A stretch of DNA of 36,477 nt from Aquificota bacterium. GTDB lineage: Bacteria > Aquificota > Aquificia > Aquificales > QOAS01. The stretch lies in assembly GCA_026987085.1 (NCBI GenBank), contig JALSNH010000145.1, positions 1 through 36,477 on the forward strand, given 5' to 3'. This document shows, in pieces, positions 24,130 to 33,242 of the stretch; the stretch's first letter is position 1; every line of letters starts with the position of its first letter. The translations under genes and the position numbers were made by a program. The notes beneath the pieces are model-generated. The model saw only the letters and a program-made list of their open reading frames with translations. It had not been told where the DNA came from and did not search any database.

Positions 24130-25565
24130 CCTCCAATACGGTGGAAAGCCGCTATAGCGGCAGCTATTGCTAAAACCTTGTCTTCTATAGGTTTCTCCTC
24201 TTCCAGTTTGAATTTTGGAAGTTTTTCGTCCAGATATTTGGTTGTAAATTTACCCGCTTCAAAATCGGCGTCATTTACTATCGCTTTATGAAGAGGAATA
24301 TTTGTAGGAACACCACGAACTATAAATTCCTCTAAAGCCCTCCGCGCCCTTCTGACCGCTTTCTCCCATGTGCGACCCCTTACTATAAGCTTGGCTATCA
24401 TTGAGTCGTAATAGGGTGGAATGATATAGCCTTTGTAAACCGCTCCGTCTATACGGACGCCCGGTCCTCCGGGTGAGTAGTAGGCAGTGATCTTACCCGG
24501 AGAAGGGGCAAAGTTTCTCTTAGGGTCTTCAGCATTTATACGGAACTCTATAGCATAGCCCCTAAAAAGTATTTCATGTTGTAAAAATGGCAGCGGTTCA
24601 CCTTCGGCTATTTTTATCATTAACTCAACAATATCGACACCGGTAATTTCCTCGGTAATGGTATGCTCAACTTGAAGACGGGTATTCATTTCAATGAAAT
24701 AGAAGTTTCCGTGCTTATCTACCAAATATTCAATAGTTCCGACGTTTTCATATCCAATTTTTTGGATAGCCTTCACTGAAAGACCCAAAAGTTTTTGTCG
24801 AACATCCCAAGGTAGAGAAGGGGACGGGGCAACCTCAACAATTTTTTGATGTCTTCGTTGTATGGAACAATCCCTTTCACCTAAATGTATGACGTTTCCA
24901 TATTTATCGGCAACTATTTGAACCTCAATATGTTTAGGGTCTTCTATAAATTTTTCGATAAAGAGATCACCTTTTCCGAAAAAGGTTTCCGCTTCTTTGT
25001 AAGCCTGGGGAAATTGCTCAATAAGTTCTTTTTCATTCCAACATACTCTTACCCCTCTTCCTCCTCCACCGTAGGCCGCTTTTAAAATTACCGGATAACC
25101 TATATCCTTTGCTATCTTCTTTGCTTCATCTATATCATGAATCGGTTCAGCTACACCAGGAACTACCGGAAGGCCGGCTTTTTCCATAGTTTTTTTAGCC
25201 TGAACCTTATCTCCAAAAAGCCTTATATGTTCAGGCTTTGGTCCAACAAAAATTAATCCCTTTTTAATTACGTATTCTGCAAAGTTAGGATTTTCCGCTA
25301 AGAAACCGTATCCGGGATGGATAGCATCTGCACCCGCGTAGCGGGCTATATCCACTATTTTGTGATAGTCAAGATAGGCCCTTATAGGGTCTCCGGGAAT
25401 AAGGTAAGCTTCGTCAGCTTTTTTAACATAAAGGGCGTTTGCATCGGCTTCGGAATAAATAGCTATCGTTTTTATACCAAGTTCTTTACAAGCTCTTATT
25501 ATTCTTGTAGCAACTTCTCCTCTATTGGCAATAAGGAGTTTTTTTATTTTTCTCTCTTTTTCCAT
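24126..25565 (-). CDS. Biotin carboxylase subunit (ATP-grasp): AccC-like, or the A subunit of a two-subunit pyruvate / 2-oxoglutarate carboxylase
   Basis: KLLIANRGEVATRIIRA, AAYGGGGRGVRV, and IEMNTRLQVEHTITE. At 479 aa it has a C-terminal tail longer than typical AccC. No accB or carboxyltransferase gene is adjacent. Confidence 0.85.
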   Translation of the reverse strand: MEKERKIKKLLIANRGEVATRIIRACKELGIKTIAIYSEADANALYVKKADEAYLIPGDPIRAYLDYHKIVDIARYAGADAIHPGYGFLAENPNFAEYVIKKGLIFVGPKPEHIRLFGDKVQAKKTMEKAGLPVVPGVAEPIHDIDEAKKIAKDIGYPVILKAAYGGGGRGVRVCWNEKELIEQFPQAYKEAETFFGKGDLFIEKFIEDPKHIEVQIVADKYGNVIHLGERDCSIQRRHQKIVEVAPSPSLPWDVRQKLLGLSVKAIQKIGYENVGTIEYLVDKHGNFYFIEMNTRLQVEHTITEEITGVDIVELMIKIAEGEPLPFLQHEILFRGYAIEFRINAEDPKRNFAPSPGKITAYYSPGGPGVRIDGAVYKGYIIPPYYDSMIAKLIVRGRTWEKAVRRARRALEEFIVRGVPTNIPLHKAIVNDADFEAGKFTTKYLDEKLPKFKLEEEKPIEDKVLAIAAAIAAFHRIGG

Positions 25566-25620
25566 TAAAGAACCTCCTTCTTATGTTTTTTTCCTTTTAA
25601 AGGAATCGGTATTAGTCAGT

Positions 25621-25640
25621 TCCACCGCAGGTGGATTTTT
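25621..25640 (+). terminator. Orphan terminator-like hairpin in the carboxylase/RCK divergent intergenic region
   Basis: TCCACC-GCA-GGTGGA (25621-25635) followed by TTTTT (25636-25640). No plus-strand gene ends upstream of it. Confidence 0.3.
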
Positions 25641-25750
25641 CTCCCCGGCTATTTGTTTAAGTTTAATTAACAAAATTAGGAAAAACCTAATTTCCTTATT
25701 TTAAAGATTCATTTTTAAAAATTTGTTATTCGAAGGACAATTCCCACCTT

Positions 25751-27190
25751 ATGAAAATTCTCCTTTTAGGGTTGGGTCGGTTCGGTAGAAAAATAGCTGA
25801 ACGCTTACTTAACTACGGGCACGAGCTTTTAATAGTGGAAAACGATCCCTTTGTAGTTTTTGAATTTTCCAAAAATGTAAAGGGAAATTATAAGGTTTGT
25901 GTAGGAGATGCGACCTCACTGTTGATATGGGAATACCTTCCTCTTAAAGAGATTGATTTAATAATTTCCTCCCTCAGGAGCGGCGAATTTAATAAAACTA
26001 TTTGTTCCATAATTAGGGAGATTTTTAAACTTTACGAACTTCCGGTAATTGTTCTATCTTCCAATAATAGTTATGAAAAGGTTTTTTCGAACTTTAATTG
26101 CAAAACTATATATCTTCCTGAACTAATAGCTTCCTTTATAGAAGGTTTAACTTTGAAAAATATTGTTAAACCTGTCGGTATCGGTTTAGGAAAAAATGAG
26201 ATTTTAGAGGTTATTGTTTCTGCAAAGAGTCCTTATACACGGGTGCCGATAAATATTAGAAGACTCCGCCACTGGAATATAGCCCTTATTTATAGAAAAG
26301 ATAAAATCCTTTTACCGAAAGGGAGAATTTTATTAAAACCGGGAGATAGGGTTATTTTGACAGGCGATGACCCAAGGGTTGTTCTAGAAGTTGCAAAAGC
26401 TATGGCCTTTGGAGAACCGCAATTTCCGCTAAGCTTTGGAGAGAACCTTTTAACGGTTCTTAAAAAAAGAGACCTCCATTATTTGAAGGAGTTTTACTAT
26501 ATCTGGAAACATACACGGGTAAAAAACATAGTTCTATTTACCTCGGATGAGGTTCAAAATGAACTCCCAAAGGTGGTAAGCGATAGGTCTTTTTTAAATA
26601 GCCTTCAAGTGGAAAAAGGAACGAATTACAACATAATCTTTGATAGAAACTTGCATTCCCACCATTCGGCGGGTTTGGTATCAATTCCTTACAAAAAGAG
26701 GTTTTTATTTTTTAGAAATGTAAACCTTAAAAGGTTCTTCAATCAGGAGATTCCCTTTTTGATACCCCGTTTAAGTTTCCCCTACAGGAAAGTTTTGGTT
26801 TCTTTGAATAACCAATATCCCGCCGGTATTATTGAACAGGTTTTTGAAATTTACCAGCTTTTTCAGGTCGAAAAATTAACCTTCATCTATGTCGGTTTTC
26901 CCAATGTTTTAGCTTCTTCTAAAGATAAGAGGAATTTGGAAAAAGCACTACTACTTATAGAGGAGTACGCAAAACTATATAATGCAAAAGAAAAGATAGA
27001 AATCCTTCAAATGGAAGGAAATCCAAAAAAGAAAACCTTGGAAAGGCTTAAAGATTATGATCTATTGGTAGTAGGTTTTGAGAAAAAAAAGATAGGTTTT
27101 TTTGAACCTTACGCACCTTATCTACTTGTAAAAGAAAGTAGAAAATCTGTTTTAGGAATTCCCGCGGAGCGGGCGGAGGTAGAAAGTTAA
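25751..27190 (+). CDS. RCK (TrkA-N + TrkA-C) regulatory protein fused to a C-terminal tandem USP-like region
   Basis: N-terminus MKILLLGLGRFGRKIAERL (GxGxxG Rossmann fold). RCK_C-like EVIVSAKSPYTRVPI...LLKPGDRVILTGDDPRV. The C-terminal roughly 250 aa has two USP-like halves ending DYDLLVVGFEKKKIGFF...SVLGIP. Confidence 0.6.
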   Translation: MKILLLGLGRFGRKIAERLLNYGHELLIVENDPFVVFEFSKNVKGNYKVCVGDATSLLIWEYLPLKEIDLIISSLRSGEFNKTICSIIREIFKLYELPVIVLSSNNSYEKVFSNFNCKTIYLPELIASFIEGLTLKNIVKPVGIGLGKNEILEVIVSAKSPYTRVPINIRRLRHWNIALIYRKDKILLPKGRILLKPGDRVILTGDDPRVVLEVAKAMAFGEPQFPLSFGENLLTVLKKRDLHYLKEFYYIWKHTRVKNIVLFTSDEVQNELPKVVSDRSFLNSLQVEKGTNYNIIFDRNLHSHHSAGLVSIPYKKRFLFFRNVNLKRFFNQEIPFLIPRLSFPYRKVLVSLNNQYPAGIIEQVFEIYQLFQVEKLTFIYVGFPNVLASSKDKRNLEKALLLIEEYAKLYNAKEKIEILQMEGNPKKKTLERLKDYDLLVVGFEKKKIGFFEPYAPYLLVKESRKSVLGIPAERAEVES

Positions 27191-28362
27191 TGGAAAAGCA
27201 TATTTTGACCTTGATTTTCATAACCCTTGGGATTTTTGTTATTCCATTTATTGCACCGATTGTTAGATTACCAGTTGCGGTTGGCGAACTAATTTACGGC
27301 GTTTTTCTATTTTATTTTTTAAAAAAAATTCATCTTTTTGAAGAAACTTTTCAATTAATAGATTTCCTTTCCTTTCTCGGCTTTTCCCTACTAATGTTTC
27401 TTGCGGGTTTGGAAATTGACTGGAATAAGCTAGAAGTCCTTGAAAGAAAGGAAAAAGTTGTAATATCGGCTGTCGTTGTAAGCAACTTTTTAATATCCTT
27501 TTTGGTAGCGCTGGCTTTAAACCTTCCATTGGAAACTGTCCTTCTTTTCGGAAGTTTGGGAATAGGACTTATGCTTTCGGTGGTTCGGGAAATGGAGATA
27601 CCTCCAAAAGTTTTACAGACCATTCTTATCACTGGAAGCTTGGGTGAAATAACAACCCTTTTAGGTTTGACCCTTTACGATCTTTACCTATCTTTTGGTT
27701 TTGGAAAAAAGTTTTTCACCTATATAGGTTTAATAGTGTTGTTTGGTGTTTTCTTTGTGTTTTTATTAAAGTTTTTGAAACTCCTGGTTTGGTATTTTCC
27801 CGAAAAAATAGCTGCACTTATAGAGGGAGAAAATAAAGCGGCGGTCGATATAAGGGCGATATTCGCCCTAATGCTCACATTTATGGCTTTTACATCTATT
27901 CTTCATATAGAACCTATTTTGGGAGCCTTTATAGCGGGAGTTCTATTCGGTTTTATCTTTCGTGAAAAGGAGTCGGTAGAACATAAATTGACAGCTTTCG
28001 GATACGGTTTTTTGATTCCCTTTTTCTTTATTCAGGTAGGTTTCTCATTTCAGCCATCCTATCTGACCGATGTGGCCATTTTAAAAACAGCTTTTCTATT
28101 TTTGGTTATTCTCTTTGGTGTAAAGCTTGTTTCATCTTTTTGGCTGTTTTTTCTCGGTTTTTCATTCCGACAGGTTATTATGTCTGCCTTTCTTTTCTCC
28201 TTTCCATTTACGATACTTATAGCAGTTGCAAAAATCTTATACGAAAAAGGTGTTTGGAACGATTTTCAGCTGGCTTCTACAATACTTTTGACGGTCATAT
28301 CTGCAATAATTTTTCCTCCATTTTCTAAGGTTTTTTTAAAGGAAGAAAGGGAGAACCCTTAA
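27190..28362 (+). CDS. Cation:proton antiporter, CPA2 (Kef/Na+/H+ exchanger) family membrane subunit
   Basis: 390 aa with about 11-12 TM helices and motifs such as LLMFLAGLEID and LGAFIAGVLFG. The start overlaps the upstream stop (TAATG). Confidence 0.75.
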   Translation: MEKHILTLIFITLGIFVIPFIAPIVRLPVAVGELIYGVFLFYFLKKIHLFEETFQLIDFLSFLGFSLLMFLAGLEIDWNKLEVLERKEKVVISAVVVSNFLISFLVALALNLPLETVLLFGSLGIGLMLSVVREMEIPPKVLQTILITGSLGEITTLLGLTLYDLYLSFGFGKKFFTYIGLIVLFGVFFVFLLKFLKLLVWYFPEKIAALIEGENKAAVDIRAIFALMLTFMAFTSILHIEPILGAFIAGVLFGFIFREKESVEHKLTAFGYGFLIPFFFIQVGFSFQPSYLTDVAILKTAFLFLVILFGVKLVSSFWLFFLGFSFRQVIMSAFLFSFPFTILIAVAKILYEKGVWNDFQLASTILLTVISAIIFPPFSKVFLKEERENP

Positions 28363-29681
28363 AAGGTTTCCTCTTCCTCAATACCAACCTTTTCGAGTAT
28401 ATTCACACTCTCTATATGGGCTGTTTGGGGAAATAGGTCTATAACGTAAGCTTTTTTATAGTTGTATATACCCCAGCGGAGAATTCTTGCCAAATCCCTT
28501 GCTAGAGTGGAAGGATTGCACGACACGTAAATAATTCGGTCGGGTGCCAATTCCTTTAAAACTTCAAGATCTCTCTTATCCAGTCCCGACCTAGGGGGGT
28601 CGAAAATAACTGTATCGATTTCCTTATCAAGGTATTTTTTCATATGCTGGGAAGGTGTTGACCTTAGAAATCCAACATTAGGTCTGTCGTTTACTTTGGC
28701 GTTGTATTCGGCATCCAATATTGCAAAGCCGTTCATATCGCTTCCTTCTACAAAGAAGGCCTTTTCCGAAAAGGGAATGGTAAAAAACCCAATACCGCAA
28801 AAGGTATCTAAACTAAAACCGCTTTTCTCTTGGGGAACCACAAGTTCGATAAATTTATCCCACAGCAGGTAGTTGTTTTGAACGAAACTCTCGGCGGAAA
28901 CTCTATAGTTAAAACCTTTTGCGGTTATAAAGGTGTAATCCCTACCGTAGAAGGTTTCCCTCACCAGTTCCCTACCAAACCTTTTGTAGGAACCCAAACC
29001 TACAACAAACTCCGGAAGGTAATTTTTCTTTATTTCTTCCAGCTGGCTTTCGGAAAGAATGTGCTCCCCTACAAGTTTCAAAAGGGCCTCATTCCTATTT
29101 GGAGAATAGGTTATATGTATCTCCCTTAAGGAGGGATACTTCAAGGAAACCTTTTTTAGGTGAGGTATTAATTCGTTAATTCTCGGATGTAAGATTGGAC
29201 AGGTTTCTATATCAACGATGTCTCCATAACCTTTTATTTCCCTTAAAGTTTCATCTTCAACAAACCCAAGCTTTCCGCTACCGTCGACGTGAAATTGGGC
29301 TCTAATTCTGTAGCCGTAAGGTTCCGGTGATGGAATAGCCTCTATTGGAGGCAAATCTTTTATTTTTCCCACTCTTTGAAGTTGTTCCTTAAATATTTCT
29401 ACCTTCTGTTTTAACTGTTCCTTATAATCCAGATGTTGGAGTTGGCAACCTCCACACACCCCATAGTGGGGACATGCAGGTTCAACCCTTGCGGAGGAAG
29501 GAATTATTACCTTTAAAAGTTTTCCCTCACCATAATCCTTTTTCTCCTTAATAACCTCTATTTGGACAATTTCGTTGGGAGCGGTGTACTTAACAAAGTA
29601 AACCTTATTTTGATGTCTGCCCAAACCTTTTCCACCGGAAACCAGCTTATCAATCTTTAATTCCAGTTTTTTCTTTTCCAT
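28359..29681 (-). CDS. 23S rRNA (uracil-C5)-methyltransferase, RumA/RlmD/TrmA family with TRAM domain and Fe-S cluster
   Basis: N-terminal TRAM domain (KLVSGGKGLGRH), Cys cluster CPHYGVCGGCQLQH...CPI, FDPPRSG, and YVSCNPSTLARD (catalytic Cys). Confidence 0.85.
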   Translation of the reverse strand: MEKKKLELKIDKLVSGGKGLGRHQNKVYFVKYTAPNEIVQIEVIKEKKDYGEGKLLKVIIPSSARVEPACPHYGVCGGCQLQHLDYKEQLKQKVEIFKEQLQRVGKIKDLPPIEAIPSPEPYGYRIRAQFHVDGSGKLGFVEDETLREIKGYGDIVDIETCPILHPRINELIPHLKKVSLKYPSLREIHITYSPNRNEALLKLVGEHILSESQLEEIKKNYLPEFVVGLGSYKRFGRELVRETFYGRDYTFITAKGFNYRVSAESFVQNNYLLWDKFIELVVPQEKSGFSLDTFCGIGFFTIPFSEKAFFVEGSDMNGFAILDAEYNAKVNDRPNVGFLRSTPSQHMKKYLDKEIDTVIFDPPRSGLDKRDLEVLKELAPDRIIYVSCNPSTLARDLARILRWGIYNYKKAYVIDLFPQTAHIESVNILEKVGIEEEETF

Positions 29682-29728
29682 GTTTTTAAAGAGGATAGAG
29701 TTTCTATAGAGAAAAGAAAATTGTAGAT

Positions 29729-30220
29729 CTAACTATTTTTATTTACAAAGGTTTTTATAAAGTTCTCTATCTGCTCCCTATTACCAACCGCTATTAAAAT
29801 ATCTCCCGGTTGGAATTTAAAGTTTCTTGGGTCCGGTGCGGGTATAAGCTCGTTGTTTCTAACAACGCCTATAACTATTACGCCCGTTCTTTTCCTTACA
29901 TCGGCCTCCGCAAGAGTTTTCCCAACAAGCTCGCTGTCTTGTGGAAGCTCTACCCACTCCATAACCATCTGCTTGAGAAGGAGCTCCATCTTGTCGCCCG
30001 CAACCGGTTGGTAAAAGGCCCCCGCTAAGACCATACCCATTTCCCTAGCCTCTTGGTCGTTCAGCATAACGGTGCATTCAACATCTCCATCTTCATCGAG
30101 GACATAAATCTCCCTTTTACCCGAATGGTGGATAATTACCGAAACAATTTGACCACTGGAGAGTTTTATAGAAAACCTTTTACCTATACCGGGAAGTTCG
30201 GTCTGCTTAAAGAATTCCAT
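29729..30220 (-). CDS. Cation:proton antiporter regulatory subunit (KhtT-like: KhtT N-domain + RCK_C)
   Basis: MEFFKQTELPGIGKRFSIKLSSGQIVSVIIHHSGKREIYV resembles the KhtT/YhaT N-terminus. C-terminal TrkA_C: LVGKTLAEADVRKRTGVIVIGVVRNNELIPAPDP...GDILIAVG. I prefer ATG 30220 to the TTG at 30238. Confidence 0.65.
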   Translation of the reverse strand: MEFFKQTELPGIGKRFSIKLSSGQIVSVIIHHSGKREIYVLDEDGDVECTVMLNDQEAREMGMVLAGAFYQPVAGDKMELLLKQMVMEWVELPQDSELVGKTLAEADVRKRTGVIVIGVVRNNELIPAPDPRNFKFQPGDILIAVGNREQIENFIKTFVNKNS

Positions 30221-30270
30221 TAGATGGAAATATATCAATCGTAAGATTGAAAAACAAAGGGAGGAAAAGG

Positions 30271-32016
30271 TTAAAAGTTTTCGAGGAAATCCTTTAGGTA
30301 TTTTGCCCTCATAGGATGACGGAGTTTCTTTATAGCTTTATTCTCAATCTGCCTAATCCTTTCACGGGTAACGTTAAACATCTTACCGACCTGCTCGAGG
30401 GTATATTCAACTCCATCATCGTTGAGACCGAAGCGGTAAATAATTACCTCCTTCTCTTTGGGAGAGAGGGTATCGAGAACTTCTAAAATCTTTTGTCGGA
30501 GCATTCTGCGGGCGATAACCTCCTCGGGGTTGGGTATGGAAGTATCTTCGATAAAGTCCTTTAGGTGGGTATCGTCATCGTCCCCTATTGGAGTTTCCAA
30601 AGATATAGGTTCAAGAGCCGCCCTCATTACCTTTCTAACCTTTTCTACCGGCATATTGAGTTCACGGGCAATATCCTCGGGGGTGGCGTTTCTACCTTCC
30701 TCTTGGAAAATCCTTTTGGAGGTTCTAATAATTTTGTTAATCGTCTCTATCATATGGACCGGAATTCTTATTGTTCTGGCTTGGTCCGCTATAGCTCTGG
30801 TAATCGCCTGCCTAATCCACCAGGTGGCGTAGGTTGAAAATTTGAACCCTTTGCGGTAATCGAACTTATCAACCGCCTTCATAAGGCCGATATTTCCTTC
30901 CTGAATGAGGTCCAAAAAGTGAAGTCCCCTATTTACGTACCTTTTAGCTATAGATACCACCAAACGGAGGTTGGATTTAACCATTACCTGTTTGGCATCT
31001 ACAACCCTCTTTCTACCCTTTTGGATAATCTGCATTACCTTTTCCAACTCGCCGGGGAGAACCCCCATTTTATCCTCGAGTAGTTTGACCTCCCTCTTAA
31101 CCTGGTAGTATTCGGCCCTTAGAGTTTCAAATCTCGGCAAAGAATAACCGGCCTCCTTAATCCTTTTTTGGAGCTCGGGGTCGGTTGTATAGTTGGTTAG
31201 GAGGGTATCTATATCCTCGTAGATCGCCTTTAACTTTTTCTCTTTTACCTGAAGCTCCCTAAGTTTTCTTTTGTATTGTTTATAAAGCTTAATAAGTTCG
31301 TCCGCTACCCGTTCAAATTTGGAGTACTTAATCTTCATCTTTTTGAGAATTCGGTTCATTTGGGCGTGCTTTTCCAGATACTCCCGTTTGGTTTCTTCGC
31401 TGGGGAAAGCGTAATAGCGCTCACGGGCTTCGAGAACCTCTTTATAAGCTTTAGCTAGCTCCAGACCCAAATTCATAAACTGTCTTTCGTATTCTTTCAT
31501 TTTCTTGGATACTTCCTTTTCATCCAGTTCGTCCAGCTCGATAAGGTCCATTACCTCATTTATCTTTTTCTTCTTGTTGCAAACGGCCGCCCAATCGTCG
31601 AGAATCTGGTCCACCAAGAAGGAGGTCCTTAAAAGCCCTCTTCTTAAGGTTTTTCTACCGAGCTCAATTTGACGGGCGTAATATACCTCCTGCTCCTTGG
31701 TAAGGAGGGGTATTTTTCCCATTTCCCGTAGGTAGAGCTTTACCGGGTCCTCCTTTTCGTCCCCCGAGAAGGAGGTCGAGGAGATTACTATTTCCTCCCT
31801 CTCTTCCTCCTCTTCGGCTAGTTCCTTTTCAACCTCTTCGCTTATTTCGTCGACAACTTTGATGTTATGCTCCTGAAGGAAATCGAGAACCTCCTCAAAT
31901 TGGTCCGACTCTAAAAAATCCTCACCGAGGGTTTCGTTTATCTCATCGTAAGTTACATAACCCTTCTCCTTACCAAGTTCCAAAAGTTTTTCCAAATCCT
32001 CTTGGTGGATATTCAT
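30271..32016 (-). CDS. rpoD: RNA polymerase primary sigma factor
   Basis: Region 2 ([56 protein letters not shown]), region 3, and region 4 ([29 protein letters not shown]). I chose ATG 32016 because GGGGGAGGT lies 6 nt upstream. The track ORF starts two codons earlier, at a GTG. Confidence 0.95.
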   Translation of the reverse strand: MNIHQEDLEKLLELGKEKGYVTYDEINETLGEDFLESDQFEEVLDFLQEHNIKVVDEISEEVEKELAEEEEEREEIVISSTSFSGDEKEDPVKLYLREMGKIPLLTKEQEVYYARQIELGRKTLRRGLLRTSFLVDQILDDWAAVCNKKKKINEVMDLIELDELDEKEVSKKMKEYERQFMNLGLELAKAYKEVLEARERYYAFPSEETKREYLEKHAQMNRILKKMKIKYSKFERVADELIKLYKQYKRKLRELQVKEKKLKAIYEDIDTLLTNYTTDPELQKRIKEAGYSLPRFETLRAEYYQVKREVKLLEDKMGVLPGELEKVMQIIQKGRKRVVDAKQVMVKSNLRLVVSIAKRYVNRGLHFLDLIQEGNIGLMKAVDKFDYRKGFKFSTYATWWIRQAITRAIADQARTIRIPVHMIETINKIIRTSKRIFQEEGRNATPEDIARELNMPVEKVRKVMRAALEPISLETPIGDDDDTHLKDFIEDTSIPNPEEVIARRMLRQKILEVLDTLSPKEKEVIIYRFGLNDDGVEYTLEQVGKMFNVTRERIRQIENKAIKKLRHPMRAKYLKDFLENF

Positions 32017-32185
32017 AAACACACCTCCCCCTTAAAAGGTTTTTCGGGGCAATATTTAATTTGCAATTTGGAGGTTGCTAAGTTTTGACCCTCAATGGTA
32101 AAATTGAAAAAAACGAACCTCATTGGGAAGAAATTTCTATTTTAACCTAAAGAATGATGAAAGAAGAAAAAAGACTTTGTTGGCT

Positions 32186-33115
32186 TTAATGGCCTTTGCC
32201 CTTAACCATATCGAGGGCATGTTTTAAAAGACCACCCAAAAGATTTAAGTAGTCGTTAACCGCACCTTTAGAACCGGGTAATACCAAAATTAACTTTTGA
32301 TTAGGTAAAACATAAGCGGATGCGCGTGAAACTAAGGCTTTGGGAGTAAATCGACTTCCCAGGATACGCATAGCTTCACCGAAACCTTTAATTTCCTTTA
32401 TAGCCAATTTGGAAACTGTTTCCGGTGTTATATCTTTAGGGGACAAACCGGTTCCTCCACTTGTAATAACTATTTCAGCTCCTTTATCTATAGCTTCCTT
32501 AATAGCTTTTTCAATAACTTGAGGTTCATCTGGAACAATGGTGTAATAAACCACCTCCGAACCTAACTCTTTGAGCTTCTCTATAGCCAGCTTTCCACTT
32601 TTATCTTCGTAAATACCTTTAGATGCCCTATCCGACACGGTTATAACCGCCGTTTTCAAACCTTCAAGGGTTTCAAAATATTGGCTTTTTCCACCTTTTT
32701 TGGAAAGAAGTTTTATCTCCTCTATAACCATAGAAGAGTCGAAGTTCTTACACATATCGTAGATGTTTAGTAGGGCTACGCTTACTGCCGTAAGAGCCTC
32801 CATTTCATAGCCGGTTCTTGCTATACCTCTAACCTTTGCTTTTATTTCTATGAAATCGATACCTACATTAGTTTCTATTTCAATATGGTCAAATCCGACA
32901 GGATGGCAAAAAGGTAGTAAGAATGGTGTTTGTTTTGCTCCATATATTCCGGCCAATTTAGAAGCTTCCAAACAATTACCCTTAGGTAGAAGGTTATTTT
33001 TTATCTTATCCACGCATTGTGGTGAAAGTTTTATCCGCCCATAAGCGGTTGCCTCTCTCAAGGTTTCCAACTTGTGTGATATATCGACTGTCCTCATAAC
33101 TTTTAAGGTTCTCAC
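32186..33115 (-). CDS. moaC: Bifunctional molybdenum cofactor biosynthesis protein MoaC (cPMP synthase) fused to MogA/MoaB-type domain
   Basis: N-terminal half: VDISHK..T.REA.A, FLLPFCHP, RTGYEMEALTAVSVALLNIYDM, KKGGKS (MoaC). C-terminal half: VITVSDRASKGIYEDKSG, ITSGGTGLSPKDITPE, LPGSKGAV (MogA/MoaB). The start may be GTG 33115 or ATG 33097. Confidence 0.85.
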   Translation of the reverse strand: MRTLKVMRTVDISHKLETLREATAYGRIKLSPQCVDKIKNNLLPKGNCLEASKLAGIYGAKQTPFLLPFCHPVGFDHIEIETNVGIDFIEIKAKVRGIARTGYEMEALTAVSVALLNIYDMCKNFDSSMVIEEIKLLSKKGGKSQYFETLEGLKTAVITVSDRASKGIYEDKSGKLAIEKLKELGSEVVYYTIVPDEPQVIEKAIKEAIDKGAEIVITSGGTGLSPKDITPETVSKLAIKEIKGFGEAMRILGSRFTPKALVSRASAYVLPNQKLILVLPGSKGAVNDYLNLLGGLLKHALDMVKGKGH

Positions 33116-33242
33116 TTTTATAAGGAAACTATAAAGGGAAAATCTCTTAGTGAACTACTTCCAAATTATAGATGCGAGGCTTCGGGTGGTTTGCACCTCC
33201 TAACAATAGCACCAACCTTACAGCAGGCGGTTTTGCGAGGTT

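Noticed and set aside
33116-33242. 127-nt leader-like spacer upstream of moaC-mogA, considered as a Moco riboswitch
   Set aside because: I could not find the conserved Moco-motif helices by eye. A TATAAT on the minus strand (33161-33166) would leave only about 45 nt of leader. An Rfam RF01055 scan would settle it.
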